From assembly GCA_051942205.1 (NCBI GenBank), contig JAVECO010000117.1, positions 1 through 64,000 on the forward strand: 64,000 nucleotides of DNA, in the 5' to 3' direction. The translations under genes were made by a program, and so were the position numbers. Below are positions 27,245-39,574 of this stretch, one piece after another. The DNA comes from Coniocarpon cinnabarinum. Taxonomy: Eukaryota. Every line of letters begins with the position of its first letter. The stretch's first letter is position 1. Below the pieces are notes generated by a model, which had not been told where the DNA came from, searched no databases, and was given only the letters and a program-made list of their open reading frames with translations.

Positions 27245-28680
27245 TCATGTCTGTTTCTGCTTGTCTGATCGGTCTCTATCAATTGCAGTCCGCTGACGGA
27301 TGTCATCGACTATGATACCAATCACCCAAGCATTCACGGCAAAGAAAATCAAGCTAGTCAGCCACAGTCCGTTCGCAAACATCGTCTGACCAAGGAACTC
27401 AAGACCGTAGCCCTGCTGCAACCAAGCACCCTGCATATATCAGCTGTAAAAGACGGAAAGAGCTATCTGGATGAGCGTACCTGCCCGATTACCCAAAGAC
27501 CAAGGGCGAGAACTCCAGTAAGTGGCCTTCGTAGCATCACCGAGTCCGGCAAATAGAAAGGCAGAAAGACCATGTACCATAAGAAATACTTGTGCTTGTT
27601 AACATCATGAACGAGAGAACGTGCTCGCTCCGACTGACCTGGCTTGTGCACACTTTGTTGAAAGCGACAAAGCTGAGGGTCTGCACTAATTGCGTCGATG
27701 GAAGGTCCTTCTTTGACAGTATGAGCGGTAACAGTAACGCAGAGAGGGCAAGTTGCGGGACGAAAGCGAAGCTCTCAGGGCGGAAGCTTGCATGAGGCAC
27801 CTCAGAGGCGCTGCGTTGATATAGCATGACATTATAGGGCGAGAAGTTGTGTCGATGATCAGAACGGATCAAGTGATACAAGAATGTCTGCTCCAAGAAG
27901 TCATGACCGTACCTACCTTTGAATCAGCATCCGGAACGAAAGGCGAGGGGGAGTCACCAACATGAGCCACATGACCGTATTCAGACACATGAACGAAACA
28001 AAGCTTGCCGCAATGAGACGCACGCGAAAGGGAGTGATGAGTTTGCTCGCTTCATCGACAATCTCTTTGCCAGAGGATGGAGCCTCCCCGCTCTCAAGCT
28101 TTGATGAACCCACGCCAAGAATCCAGAAAATAGAAGCCGCGTAGATGAAAGGAAAGATTTTGAAATGGACACCGAAGCCCAATAAGAGTCCAGTCAGCAC
28201 CGGCTGCTCAGTGACAGACGCCCACAGCAGCAGCATTTGGACGAAAGCGAGCAAGCCTTCAGAGCTGCCCCGAGTACTGATGGTCGCGACCATTGGGTTC
28301 AATAGCCAGATGCAAGCGTACTTTGTGGCTCTCGATGCATTAAAGCCTTTGGTGCGTTGCAAGATCAGAATAATCAGCCAGCCGGTGAGCACATCTCCGA
28401 GAGCAAACAGCGCCTTGCCGAAATGGAACCACGACTCTGACCACGATGTCGGTACCAGCATCCACGCGAGCAGTGGCGTGTATCTGTATGTATCTCTCAG
28501 GTAGGGTGACTGTTCACGCTGCACATAGCGTGCTGCGTCAGTGAAGACATAGTAGTCGATGTCGGTATACTTCAAAGCGGAGTTCTGATCCTGCCAGAGG
28601 CCGTACACCAGCATGCCGGCCCGCAGTAATATACTGGTCGGAAAGACGAAGCGTGGGTCGCTTAGATGCTTCGCCATCAT
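27245..28680 (-). CDS. GPI14: GPI mannosyltransferase I (PIG-M), 4 exons
   Basis: KYTDIDYYVFTDAA, SPYLRDTYRYTPLLAW, ISTRGSSE, HFKIFP, RSDHRHNFSPY, FVAFNKVCTSQ|YFLWY. Confidence 0.95.
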
Positions 28681-28744
28681 GCCTTGAACTGGGTGACAAC
28701 CTTTTCGAGGGCAGGATGATGTTGAAACGAAGATGCTCCAATTA

Positions 28745-29226
28745 CAGCGCTTTTTATAAAGACTGACAATAGTTGGTCCGTGCACTGCTACACATATATA
28801 CCTCCTAAGCTTAATATTATTGCTAACGTTACCGCTAACATTACTTTTAGTAATATTAAAATAGATAGTCTATATAAGCCTATTACTACTTTTTTTAGCT
28901 TTTTTTATACTTTTATAGTAATTATCTATACTATATTAAATAAGTAAATATATCTAGTGTTAAGCTTACTTTACCTATACTTACTCTACTAGGATTTTTT
29001 CTTATATTAATCTATATGTATTATCGCTATAAAAGTATAAAAAAAGGTAGAAAAAGTAGTAATAGGCTTATATAGCTAGTTCTTACTAATTTATTAAAAA
29101 ATAAGGTTAATAGCAGTATTAGCGGCAATATTAGCGGTAATATTAGTAACAACGTTAATCTTAGAAGATGTGTGTATGTGCAGCAGTGCACGGACCAACC
29201 ATTGTTAGTCTTCATAAAAAGCGCTG
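28745..29226. mobile_element. Tc1/mariner-type foldback MITE (482 bp), RIP-like decay
   Basis: TA|CAGCGCTTTTTAT…ATAAAAAGCGCTG|TA; inverted arms of about 175-200 bp (28745-28920 vs 29027-29226) that differ mostly by C/T and G/A transitions. Confidence 0.9.
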
Positions 29227-29341
29227 TAGGGGCCTTGGGGTCCCGCTTCAGGGGCTACTAGCCCGCTAGCTCAGCCCGATATGCGGCAGGGTCCGGGAAA
29301 TGTTCAAATGCCTCTGGCTTAGGTAAGTATCTAAAAAAAGT

Positions 29342-29346
29342 AAAAA
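29342..29346 (-). terminator. Pol III terminator (T5, with a further T7 run just beyond) of tRNA-Gln(CTG)
   Basis: TTTTT on the minus strand starting about 15 nt after the predicted discriminator base; no T4 or longer run earlier in the gene. Confidence 0.6.
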
Positions 29347-29360
29347 GGACCACGAAAGCG

Positions 29361-29497
29361 AGGTCATACCTTCAACATCATTAACACAACTTTCTTGTAG
29401 CCATGTTGATAGCAACAAACTCACCAGGAATCGAACCTGGGTTATCGGAATACTCTGGAATCAGAATCCGATGTGATAACCGCTACACTATATGACC
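29361..29497 (-). tRNA. tRNA-Gln(CTG) with a 10-nt anticodon intron (29451-29460) and a 55-nt GT-AG insertion (29370-29424) at the T-stem/acceptor junction
   Basis: GGTCATA-TAGTGTAGCGGTTATCAC-A-TCGGA-TTCTGA[TTCCAGAGTA]T-TCCGA-TAAC-CCAGG-TTCGATT-CCTG[GTGAGT…GAAG]G-TATGACC-T; acceptor stem GGTCATA/TATGACC pairs perfectly only after removal. Confidence 0.85.
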
Positions 29498-30111
29498 GTG
29501 TCTTGCACGATTTCTGGTGCTCGTTCAGTGGCGAGGGAAATACTGACTGCAATATGAAGTTCCAATCAGAGTTGCGACGATGCTGATGTTGTGCCGACAC
29601 TGAGATGTACCGGTTCACTGTTGAGGGAATGCTGATGACAAGTGATTCTTACTCATGCAGACTTTCACAGTGATCACGAGGCTCTGATGCCCTGGATTGA
29701 GCTTGCATTCCCCTGCTCTGTTCACGATCTCCCAGGCATTCCCTATTGATAGATATCCCGAAATCGTAATACACGAGGATGGGAGGCTCTTCATCACGTG
29801 ATATTATCAGACCGAGATCCGGTGTCTTTGTCCGTAGTCCTTTTCCTGCCTCTATACCTTTCTTTTGGCGTTGTTGCTGTCAGTATGCAGCATAATCATT
29901 TCACCACTAACCTGGCTACAGTCATGACTCCACGGATTTTGATTCCCGGAACATCATTCAGATGTCCTAAAACCTCAATCCCTCCATCAACCAGATGATC
30001 CATCACTCATTCGCTCGTCTCGCTCATCCCTCTCATTGCATTGCTCATCCCGCCGATCCACCGCAGCTACCTCCTCCATCCCCTCACTGTATTCACCCGG
30101 CATTGATTGAA

Positions 30112-31093
30112 CTACTCAACCGCACTGCCCGGCACCTCCCCCTTGTCCAAAATCCCCTCCTTGACCAATTCCTCCGGTTGCGGTCTGGCTTGCAGGTGCT
30201 TCTCCAGACTATCCTTGCGCATGTGTTTCTCGAGATCCTTTTGTGCGGACTGGAGAGAGGGTGCGACGGATCCGGATCCTTCAGGGAGGATGTTGCCTGC
30301 ATGTGTCAGCTTCTCTCCATTTCGCTACTCATTCATTCTCGTCTTTCGAGTTTCGAGTTTGCGCGTGTTTGCAAGGGCTGAAGTGTGTAGAAGGGGTGTA
30401 TTTCCTCAACGGGTCAAGGGCCGCGCATTTCGGAATAGCGGTCAGAGGGTAGGTGTGTAGCGGTGTGGCGACATGACATGCAGATGTGCCAGCGATGGGC
30501 CGTATAGGTGTAAAAGAGAAAAAGATGGGAAAGAACACACGTTGCTCCAACTCCTCCCTCTCCGGTCTCTTCTCCAACCCCTTCCTCAAACTATCCGACA
30601 CCTGTTGTTTCTCGAGATCATGCTGAGCTGCTTGCAGAGAGGGTGCAGCGTTGGTGTCGAGGAGGATGTGTTTGTCTTTGAGTTCTTGAGCCTATGGTTT
30701 ATCTGTCAGCACATCCTTTACTGTGGCCCAGTACTGCTATTTGCACCAGCTTCCCATCCGCACAGCCTTGAAAAAGCGCATTTGTCCTTGTGGCACGGGC
30801 CTCTTGGGTGCGTCTCCCTTTACGTGACCATATCTTCAATTGCATCGTCCGCGTTTCAGCACGAAGCTAGGTGCTGTGCACTATTCTGAGGACAGGAGAT
30901 ATGGGAGCAGTGTTGGGATGAAACGAAGTCAAAAACATACAGTCGGTCGCTGATGTAAATGCTTCTCCAACGAGTCCCTCCGATGCTGCCGATCAGACGG
31001 ATTCAAAGCAGGCGCGTCTTTATCCATCGTCGCAGCAACGGCGGAGGGCTCAGACGAGTGACTCGTAAGGGGTTCCTCCTGGGGCGCAGCCAT
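30112..31093 (-). CDS. RPEL-repeat protein (3 exons)
   Basis: RRDSLEKHLHQRPT…ELKDKHIL; SDSLRKGLEKRPEREELEQR|NILP; RKDSLEKHLQARPQPEELVKEGIL. Confidence 0.85.
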
Positions 31094-31706
31094 GACGGGC
31101 GTGAGCGCTGCGTCTGAAAGCAAAAAGCTGTATAGACTCTTCCAGAACTGAGATTCAAAGACGCTTCTTGAGTGTGAGAGCTGCAAAGCGCAATGAGGAG
31201 CTTGGGAAGGTATTCATCTGGTCTACTCCGTAGATGTGACGCCATTCTCCGCATTCCCACCCAAACAAGCAAGCGGCGCCAGGGCAACAACGCGCGGGGC
31301 GGAGATCATTCCGTTTCGTCACGTTCGCTGCCATTGTGTTGGGGCTACATCCTTGCTCAAGGCCCAAGAACTCAACATATTAAACAAGACGAAATCCCGC
31401 ACTTTTGAAAGTGCAAGTGAGAGAAGTTGTGTATGTATTCAGTCGCGAGCCAAACCGCCCGCACATACGCACACACGTATGCATGCATCGACAGAGGAAG
31501 CGCTATGCAAAATGCCATCCGAAACCAGGCTACAACGCCGCCAGACCTGCCAGCACCACAATGAACCAAACCTGCGCCTTGGGTATCACAACAGCACGCA
31601 CACGGGCAGCTGACACCTCGGGCGGACCGCCGACGCCAGTCCCAATGCCAGTACCACCGGTGCCACCTGGCAGTGCTCCTGCTCCAGCACCGCCGCCATC
31701 GGCTAG

Positions 31707-33388
31707 TCAATCCCCACAGATGCCCGACCCACTCAGCTGCGCCTGCGGATAAAACACCTAGCACCACCCACACAGTCAGCTCGCGCCCCGTTCCGAAATC
31801 GCAACCGCATCTCTCACATACCTTGGGAGCTCCGTTACCCATGGCCACGGGGACGTTCCCGGACCCGTCCACCGTGACGTCCTCACAGGCCATCACCTCG
31901 ACCAGCTTCTCGTCGGCGGTGTATCCGGTGTTATTGAGACTGAGTGTGTATTTCGCACCGTCGGCGCCGAGATTGCTGAGGACCGTGACAATCTGGTTAC
32001 CGTCGAAGCCCTTGCGCATGGCGAGGGTACTCGTGTCGGTGTAGATGGGGTAATTTTGATAGGTGAGGTAGGTGTCGTTCTGGGCAATGGCGCGAGCGCG
32101 GATCTGATTGAGCTTCGCGACGTGCGTGTACAGGGGGGCGGTGGTCGAGTAGCTGGAGAGCCACGTCGCCTCGCGGTTGTAGGGGTCGTTGCCACCCTCG
32201 TAGTGCTGCTCCTGGCCTGCATACACAATGGGGATGCCATCGGCAAGGATCGTAAAAGCGAGGACGTTCTGCGCGAGGGCCATGTCCGTGGTGTAGTTCG
32301 CGAAGCGCGGATCTGTCGGCTGATCAGCCGCCTTGCATGAAAGATGGAAGAGGTGGGCCTGTCAACACTTACTGTCGTGGTTTTCGCTGAAGCTGCCCAG
32401 AACCGTCGAGTCTTTGCACGTGTCCTTCACCGAATTGACCATGTTCGCCAGGGCACCGATGTCGCCGCTCGTCGATTTGAACGCGGCGACCAGTTGGAAG
32501 TACACGGCGTAGTTCAAGACGGAATCAACACCGCCTTGATAGCTGCAGATGGTGTCGGCGCTTGGATCGTCGACCTATATCCACAGAAAGACACGTCAGC
32601 TTTGACCCACAGCATCGCTCGCTCCCCCTTGCTTTCTTGCTTACCTCGCCTGTGATGAAGACGCCTGCCGCTTCCTGGAACGACGGCCAAAAGTCGTATT
32701 CGACGTACATCATCGTGTCGACGCGCAGGCCGTCAATCGAATAATTGGCGACGAGTGATTTAATCCAATCCTGGTATTTGGTCCTCACCGCCTGATCCTC
32801 GGTCTTGAGATCCACCAGCGGCACCGTCTGATCGCCGAGCCAGCACACATCACGGTTGGTGACATCGTCGTAGTTCGTGACGGCGCAGTAGGTGTGGTAG
32901 GAATCCTGATCGTTGAACGGGTAGAAGGTCGAGTAGTCCACGCTGCTGGAGTCGCCGTTCCACCCGTTGTGATTCACCACAATGTCGACCATGAGAAACA
33001 TGCCTCGCACATGCAGCGCGGAAGACAGCGCCCGCAGGTCATCGGCGGTGCCAAAGTTCGAGTTGATCTCGTAGATGTTCTGCTGCCAATACCCATGGTA
33101 GGACGAACCATCGCCGGTCTGCTGGGGGAGGTTGAGGGTGACGGGTGATATCCAGATGGCCGTAAACCCCATGCCGTGGATGTAGTCGAGCTGGTTGGTG
33201 ATGCCCTGCCATGACCCCCCGCAGTACACACGGTCGCCGACATTACACGGCGCGCTGGTGGAGCCGTCAGTCTGCGCGAAGCGATCAGTGAGCACCTGAT
33301 AGATGGAATGTGAGCGCCAGGTCGCCGCGTCCGCGGCGAGGCAGACCCGCGCGAGCAGCACAGCAACACAAAGCAGGTAAGACAACAT
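31707..33388 (-). CDS. Secreted alpha-amylase (GH13, Taka-amylase type), 4 exons
   Basis: Signal peptide; [37 protein letters not shown]; last exon [16 protein letters not shown]. Confidence 0.93.
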
Positions 33389-34913
33389 GGTGAGCTACGG
33401 TTGTCACTTGTCACAGCTGAGGTGGTGGTGTAGCACGGGACGACGAAGGCAGATACGACGACAACGACGACGAACAGCGCGCTCGGCGACACTTAAACCA
33501 GTCGGTCGGTGACGACGACAAAGCAGTCATGGTGACGGTGAAGCGTTGCAGAGAGCCAAAGTCACCCCCCGGTCAGCGGATCGCAGCGCCGCTGTATCGG
33601 CAGCGGTTGTGGATACTGGATGGAGCAGGAAACTGGGCCACTGCTCCAAGACACTTTCATGTGCAGCGACCACAGCTGACCCGAGCAGTAAGTCTTTGTT
33701 CCTTTAATATGCGCCCGAGGGACGCCTAGCCGGAAGAGGGAGCTTCTGTACGGCTTCGACGGTAGGGCGGCAGGAAGCTTGGACGGAAACGCAGTGCAGC
33801 CACGCAAAGGCGGGCGCGTGACGGGGCGTTGATGATGATCGACGTCTTGACATGACGACGGTGTAAGCGACGCGCGCGCGAGGCAGGAGGGCTCCCTCGT
33901 GGAGTGGGTGATGAGGGGGTGGTCGGTGGTTGGATGACGGGAGGGACAACGCGGCCAGAGGAGCAGTAGGAGGATGCGACGCCGCCGTCGCCGACGCTTC
34001 CGGGTGCGGATAGGTATAGCTCGAGGGCGGCCAAGCGTGCGCCGCGAACAGGAGTGATGAAGCCGCTAGGAGAGGAGGTTGTCAGCCGACAGTGGGGAGA
34101 GTTGCAGTCGCGGTGCAGCATCACGAATGAGGACCGAACAAGGCATGTTTCTGGGTTTCTGGGGGAGTACGGCCGAGGAGAGAGAGACGAAAGGGACGCA
34201 GCGACAGCAGAGGACGCCACTCACGCGACGAATGCCGAGCCCTGCCTGCACGCTCGATCTCGTGCTGCTAGGCCGCGAAGGGGTTAGCGTGGTGACGAAT
34301 TTCCCCCCCGCGCCCCTGCAAGACACTGGCGGCGTGCATGCTCGACCTACCTTACCGTGCCCGAGGTACCACGGTACCCACCATTTACTACCGTGCCTAC
34401 CGCGTACCGCGCATATCCCGCCTTTTGACCTCCCTGCTGTTTGCCCTGCACGTCTGCTGCTGTCGCTGTCGTGGCGCCTCTCCACACTTTGCGCTGACAG
34501 CTTGTCTTGCTGCTACAGTAGCTGCTCCGCCGCCTGCAAGATCGCGCAGCCCCGCCAAACCCCCCGCGATTTCGCCGGCCCCATTCCACCGAATCCCCTT
34601 TGTCTGGGATCACATGATGGCGCGGATGCAGCAGGTGCGCCGCCGCGTGCCAAATGGCCTGCCTCTTGCGTCGTCGACTGCTCCTTTGGGTGTATATTCC
34701 TATTTGGCAGTCCTCAAAATAATATCACCACCCGTGCACGAGTGGATACGCGTCCACCGCGCTGCGTAGAACGTCAAGGGCGCCCGGTGTCTGAGGCTTT
34801 CTCTGGTGCCCGTGCCGGTCTCGCGGCAGCGTCCGGGACTTGCCGCCGTATTCTGCTACGTACGTTCCAGCATTGAGGAAACAGGGGAGGTGTCAAAAGA
34901 TCAGAACTTCGCC

Positions 34914-35607
34914 ATGAAGGTCACGGTCAAATCTTGGACCACCGTCGCCGCCTGGCGTTGGGACGTCCGCGAGGACGACGACCTCTGTGGCATCTGTCGT
35001 CTGGTGTTTGACGCGACGTGTCCCTCGTGCAAATTCCCTGGCGACGACTGTCCGCTTGGTAAATTCTTGGTTTCTCTTGTAACGGCCTTTGCCTTTGTTG
35101 GCGCCGTGCCCCTCACGTCGCCCGGCTGACGCATCGACATCGCTCACAGTCCACGGGCCGTGCAAACACACTTTCCACTCCGTAAGTGAGCGACAACGGC
35201 TCTCAAAGTCTTTGACGGTGACTCGGGCGTTCCCCGAGTTTTTTTGGGGGGTGCGAATGTCTCATGGCGGATCAAGCGGCTGATTCGATTCACACAGCAC
35301 TGTTTGGACGGCTGGCTGAAGCAGGACAATGCCCATGGCAAATGTCCGATGTGTCGTCAACGTAAGTAACGTTCATGAGCCGTGTCGAGGACGCCGAGGA
35401 GAGTGCCTTCAGACGCGCGTCCTGGTGGTCGCATGAAATGTGTCGATGTCTTGACTGACGAGATGTGTCGCAGCGTTCACCAAGATGGCCGGACCGAGCC
35501 TGCCGTCCGAAATCGATGAGCCTCACACCGCATCTCGGACTGGAGACGAGGATGTGTCTGGCGGTGAAGCGCCGACTGGCGAGCAAACGACCGACACGGC
35601 GAGATGA
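34914..35607 (+). CDS. APC11: Anaphase-promoting complex subunit 11 (RING-H2), 4 exons
   Basis: MKVTVKSWTTVAAWRWD…CGICRLVFDATCPSCKFPGDDCPL|VHGPCKHTFHS|HCLDGWL…CPMCRQ. Confidence 0.92.
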
Positions 35608-36526
35608 GGCGCGTGAAGGGACAATAGACTTTAGGAAGGGTGCATTGAGAGCTTGAGCAAAAGATTGAATCTAGCAGTCGGCTTGTGGTCGAGGGAAGGC
35701 AGTCCCCCCATGAAGACCGTCGGAAGCATTCGGAAAAATACTTTCGCGCTTTGCGTGGATGTTGCACATGATTGGAGTTCCGTATACCCCAAACAGCTGT
35801 GCATTTTTCAAAGCAGACACCGCTAGAAAGAACCACGAATACCTCGACGCATGAAAAGAAGCACACGGCTTGCCACTCAGTGTCGGGAAAAGACAGGATC
35901 CGGAAATCGCACACGAATGATTGTAAGCTATGAAATTGATGACAGACACGAACGAATGACCTAGCAAAGGTACTCAATCTCAACGAGTGACAGTTGCGGT
36001 GTAAAGCGTCCTTACACGTCGCAAAAACAATCCTCCCCTCTCAACCCCGTCTAGCAAGTTCATTCTGACTTGAAACTTCCCTTCATTCTCCACATCATTC
36101 TGAAATTTGACTCAACGTTAAGCAGTGAAGTGACGTTTGCGTCCGTCCCATTAGAAGTCATCGTGTCGAGATGTTTGGCGCACAAACACTCTTCCACTAA
36201 GCCAACTAAAAAATTCCCAGCAGAATTGAGGCCGATCAGAAATGTGCCGCACATCACCCACGAGAAATGTCGAGGTTGGTCTTGAAAGTTTGCATCGCTT
36301 GCCGTTGCGATACCTTGCGTCGAGTGTGAAATGACTGGTCGCATCTTTGTTAAGCGAAGTTTCTGTCGTGGTGAAAACAATGCCACCCACAATCCCTGAG
36401 TTAGACTTCAAGTCTCCAGTGTGTTCACGTTTTTTGGACCATAAGGGTTTGTATGTTGCAGTGCTCCATTGCACAATGAGTTGTAGTCTGATGCAAGGTC
36501 CGTTGGACCCTCAAAACGCCGCTCAA

Positions 36527-38044
36527 CTAGCCGGTACTTGTTGGTTCCCAAAGTCTTTGCGTGGCGCCACCGCGACCACGACCACGACCAAATGGCGATG
36601 GCCTGGCAAAGGAGTCAGGGTCGATTGGCTTAGGCACGAACTGGCTGCGGCCTTGGTTGAATCCTGCACCTCTCGGCGTATAGGCTAAGTTCTGTCCACC
36701 ACGGCCACGAAAGCCTGGGTTGTTTCCGCGCGAGGACTGACTGAAGCCGTTCGGCATTCCACGCGGCGCCATGTTCTGAGAGCCACTACGTGGGAATGGT
36801 TGCACATAAGCGCCACCACGGCCGTTGAAAGAGCCTCCACGCGCAGGGCTGACTGATGCGCCTCGACCACGTTGTGGGCCACTGGTGGCGTTCAAGTGAT
36901 TCGCAGGGGCCGTTTGTCGAGGCGGCGAAGGCCGACCACGGCGATTGCCAAAAGCACCACGTCCACCACGAAGAGTCACATTGTTCGCTGGATGTGGTTG
37001 CAGATTTGGCTGAACCTCAGGAACTGTGTCGCTGCGACCAAAATGGTCGGGATCGATGACGTTGGTCACAGGGGTCATATGCTTGTTTGATTGTGCAGGT
37101 ACACCTCGTGATGACCCAGGTCGTTTGGAAGGGTCAAACACGACACGATCTTCATCGTCATCAATGTCGTCATCTTCCACTTGTCCATCCAAGCCATTGC
37201 TCATAGGGGGAACGACGTTGTTTCTAACAGGCTTGACGCCATCCTTGGCCAGGATATTTTCCAATTGACCAAGCAACTTAGCTCTCACACCAAATTTGCT
37301 GGCCTGTCTTTGGATGATTGGGTCATTGGTAACCAAAATATATTTTCCAGATTCGCCGTTCATGCCGTATTCGTGATGAGTGCGCCAAACAACGAAATTG
37401 AGCAATGGGCGCACCGATGGAGGGATACCATGAGCGGACAGAACAGTAGACGATTCATCTGGTTTAGCGGACATTTCGGCAGTGGTAGATGAAACGGACG
37501 ACGCTGAAGACGTAGGGGACGCCGATGGTGATCGCTTCGAGGCTTGCGTATTGGGAGACGAGGTCTGGGACCCATTGACATTGAGGTTGCGATCCAGAAT
37601 CCTGCTGAGAACATCCATGCGGTCAGATTCACCGGCGTTGGTGCGGCTAAACGGCGTGTCTGGGAGTAAGTACTGTTCGACTTGTTGCCAATTGGTGTAT
37701 TGATCATCGGGACCTTGGAGTTGAACGTAGCCGACAGGGTTTGAGGCTGTAGAGCTGGTCACCTGGTCGAGCCACACCAAGGCTTTCTGGGCATCATTTC
37801 GAACAGGGCAGTTGATGGCGCGTAGTTTTGAAAGGCGTTCCAAAGCTGGGACAGGTCACTTAGCCTGAGGCTTCGCACACGCAAATCAGACAGGACAGGA
37901 CTTACCTGAAAGTGGCACAAAAACGTTAATTGCATTCTGTGCCAACCAGGGCTGAATACTGTGAGGTGACCCTTGTCGAACACTCGCGACAAGAGCGGAG
38001 TCGTCGACTATGCAGTTCAATGGAGTTGCAGGTGTCGCGGCCAT
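36527..38044 (-). CDS. PIN-domain protein with RGG-rich C-terminus (2 exons)
   Basis: LNCIVDDSALV…VFVPLS|ALERL (PIN-like N-terminus), ILVTND, RG/RGG-rich tail. Confidence 0.75.
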
Positions 38045-38639
38045 CTCTTCGTTGCAAGTCGTTAATGTTGTCGGCGGATCTCCGAGTTTGTGTGTTGATT
38101 GAAGGTTGTAGGTCCACTCGTCCTCAACGAGAGTGAACGTTATAGGTGCCAAACGTATGGCACATTGAATTACGATTCTCAGACGGTCGATACAAAGTCT
38201 GAGCTAAAGGACGCGAAATTTAACTGTTGAGTCTGTCTGAGCGTCGGCAAGGCTCATCTCTTGGGATGAGGACACACGTCCTGATGCGTGGGCGTAGTAG
38301 CGCCTTGGAGCATTGTCTGAAAGGTGAAAGGTGGCTTGATGAGCATGCACGCTCAACGGGACGAGAGTGCAGTAGTGGTGGTCTTATGACAGCTGAGAAT
38401 AGCGAACGATACGGAAAAGTGCTGAGGGAGGCTGGAACAAAATGGCAGTAAGAAGAGGACCGAGAGCACCTGTGGGGCTGCTGGCATCATGACCCTTGGC
38501 GTGCATCTTGGCCTAGTCCTTACAGGGCTTAGGGTTGCCGGTCCCACTCCGCCCTCTTGCCGTTCACCTACAACATTTTACCTATATACTACCTCTTCAA
38601 GATAGTTGAGGCTTGAGACGATCGCCATACAGAATGACC

Positions 38640-39574
38640 CTATACGCTGAATGCCTCAGCTTCATTATCTCGAGCCTCCGTCAAATCGGGCATCCAGCCT
38701 TTTGGTCTCTCTGAACCCCTCACTTTCAACCCATACAACGCCCTCTCAACCTTCTGCACTGATGCCTGCGTGACTTCCAGCTTCTTATTGTAGCCCCAGA
38801 TATCACTATCTAGCGTTTCGAGTCGCGCACGGATCTCTTGCAAATCATTCAACACGCTGCGCTGTGGCTCGGCCCCGTCTTCCTTGCGCGACGAGGCCCG
38901 AGGTAACGCTCCTACTTCTGCCATGCCAGTTATTGCAAACCTCATCAATTCCCCAGTCATGTCAAAGATGCCAAGAAGATAGTCGGAGTAGGTACACGTG
39001 AGACCTTGACCTTCTGCGGCGAATGATTGCAGCCTTCCTTGAGCAGCTTCATGCGTGAGTAGCTGCTGGGTTTCGAGATAATGTTGGAAGCTCAATGCTT
39101 CAATGTATTCTTGTATACCGCCGGATATGTTACGTTCGTATCGATGGAAATTGATTCCTTGAAGATCCGGAGACACGGCTGTGAAGGTCTCTGCAACTGT
39201 GTTGATGTGCGATTTGAAGGCCTTCAACGTCCCGGCACTCAACGGCTTGCCTAGTGTACGGACTCTGGAGAGCAGATCGGCATGGGAGCGGTTGTTGAAT
39301 GCATCTGGCTTACCTTTGTAATGCAAAGATTCTGTTAAGTGTATCAGTCTTTGCGAATCCATCCTATGCTTCCGTCAGGATGCACTTACATCTTCTTGCT
39401 GGCGGCTGTGATGTCTCGAGAGGCCTTCACTATCCTTTCTCTGCGATCGTGGTGCTCGTCCAATTCGTTGCGAAAGACTTCGAAATAGGGTAGAAAAGGC
39501 GATTGTTGAGCTACGTCAGACTTTTTGTCCATTGTGGAGTCAATATTCTTTCTCTTCTGCGGCACGATGTTCAT
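38640..39574 (-). CDS. Translin-associated factor X (TRAX)-like; includes 18-nt microexon 39314-39331
   Basis: ELDEHHDRRERIVKASRDITAASKK|IFALQR, GIQEYIEALSF, DYLLGIFDMTGELMR, SVQKVE; acidic catalytic residues typical of TRAX. Confidence 0.88.

Noticed and set aside
28681..28785. N-terminal extension of the GPI14 ORF in the ORF track
   Set aside because: Begins at a non-ATG codon inside the MITE arm; the likely start is ATG 28680
31372..31706. Long C-terminal tail of alpha-amylase suggested by the 303-aa ORF
   Set aside because: Artefact of reading through the last intron; the spliced exon ends …ICGD* at 31707
18507..33388. Secondary-metabolite cluster around the questin-oxidase-like gene
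   Set aside because: No PKS, NRPS, other tailoring enzymes, transporter or cluster regulator nearby; neighbours are mostly housekeeping genes
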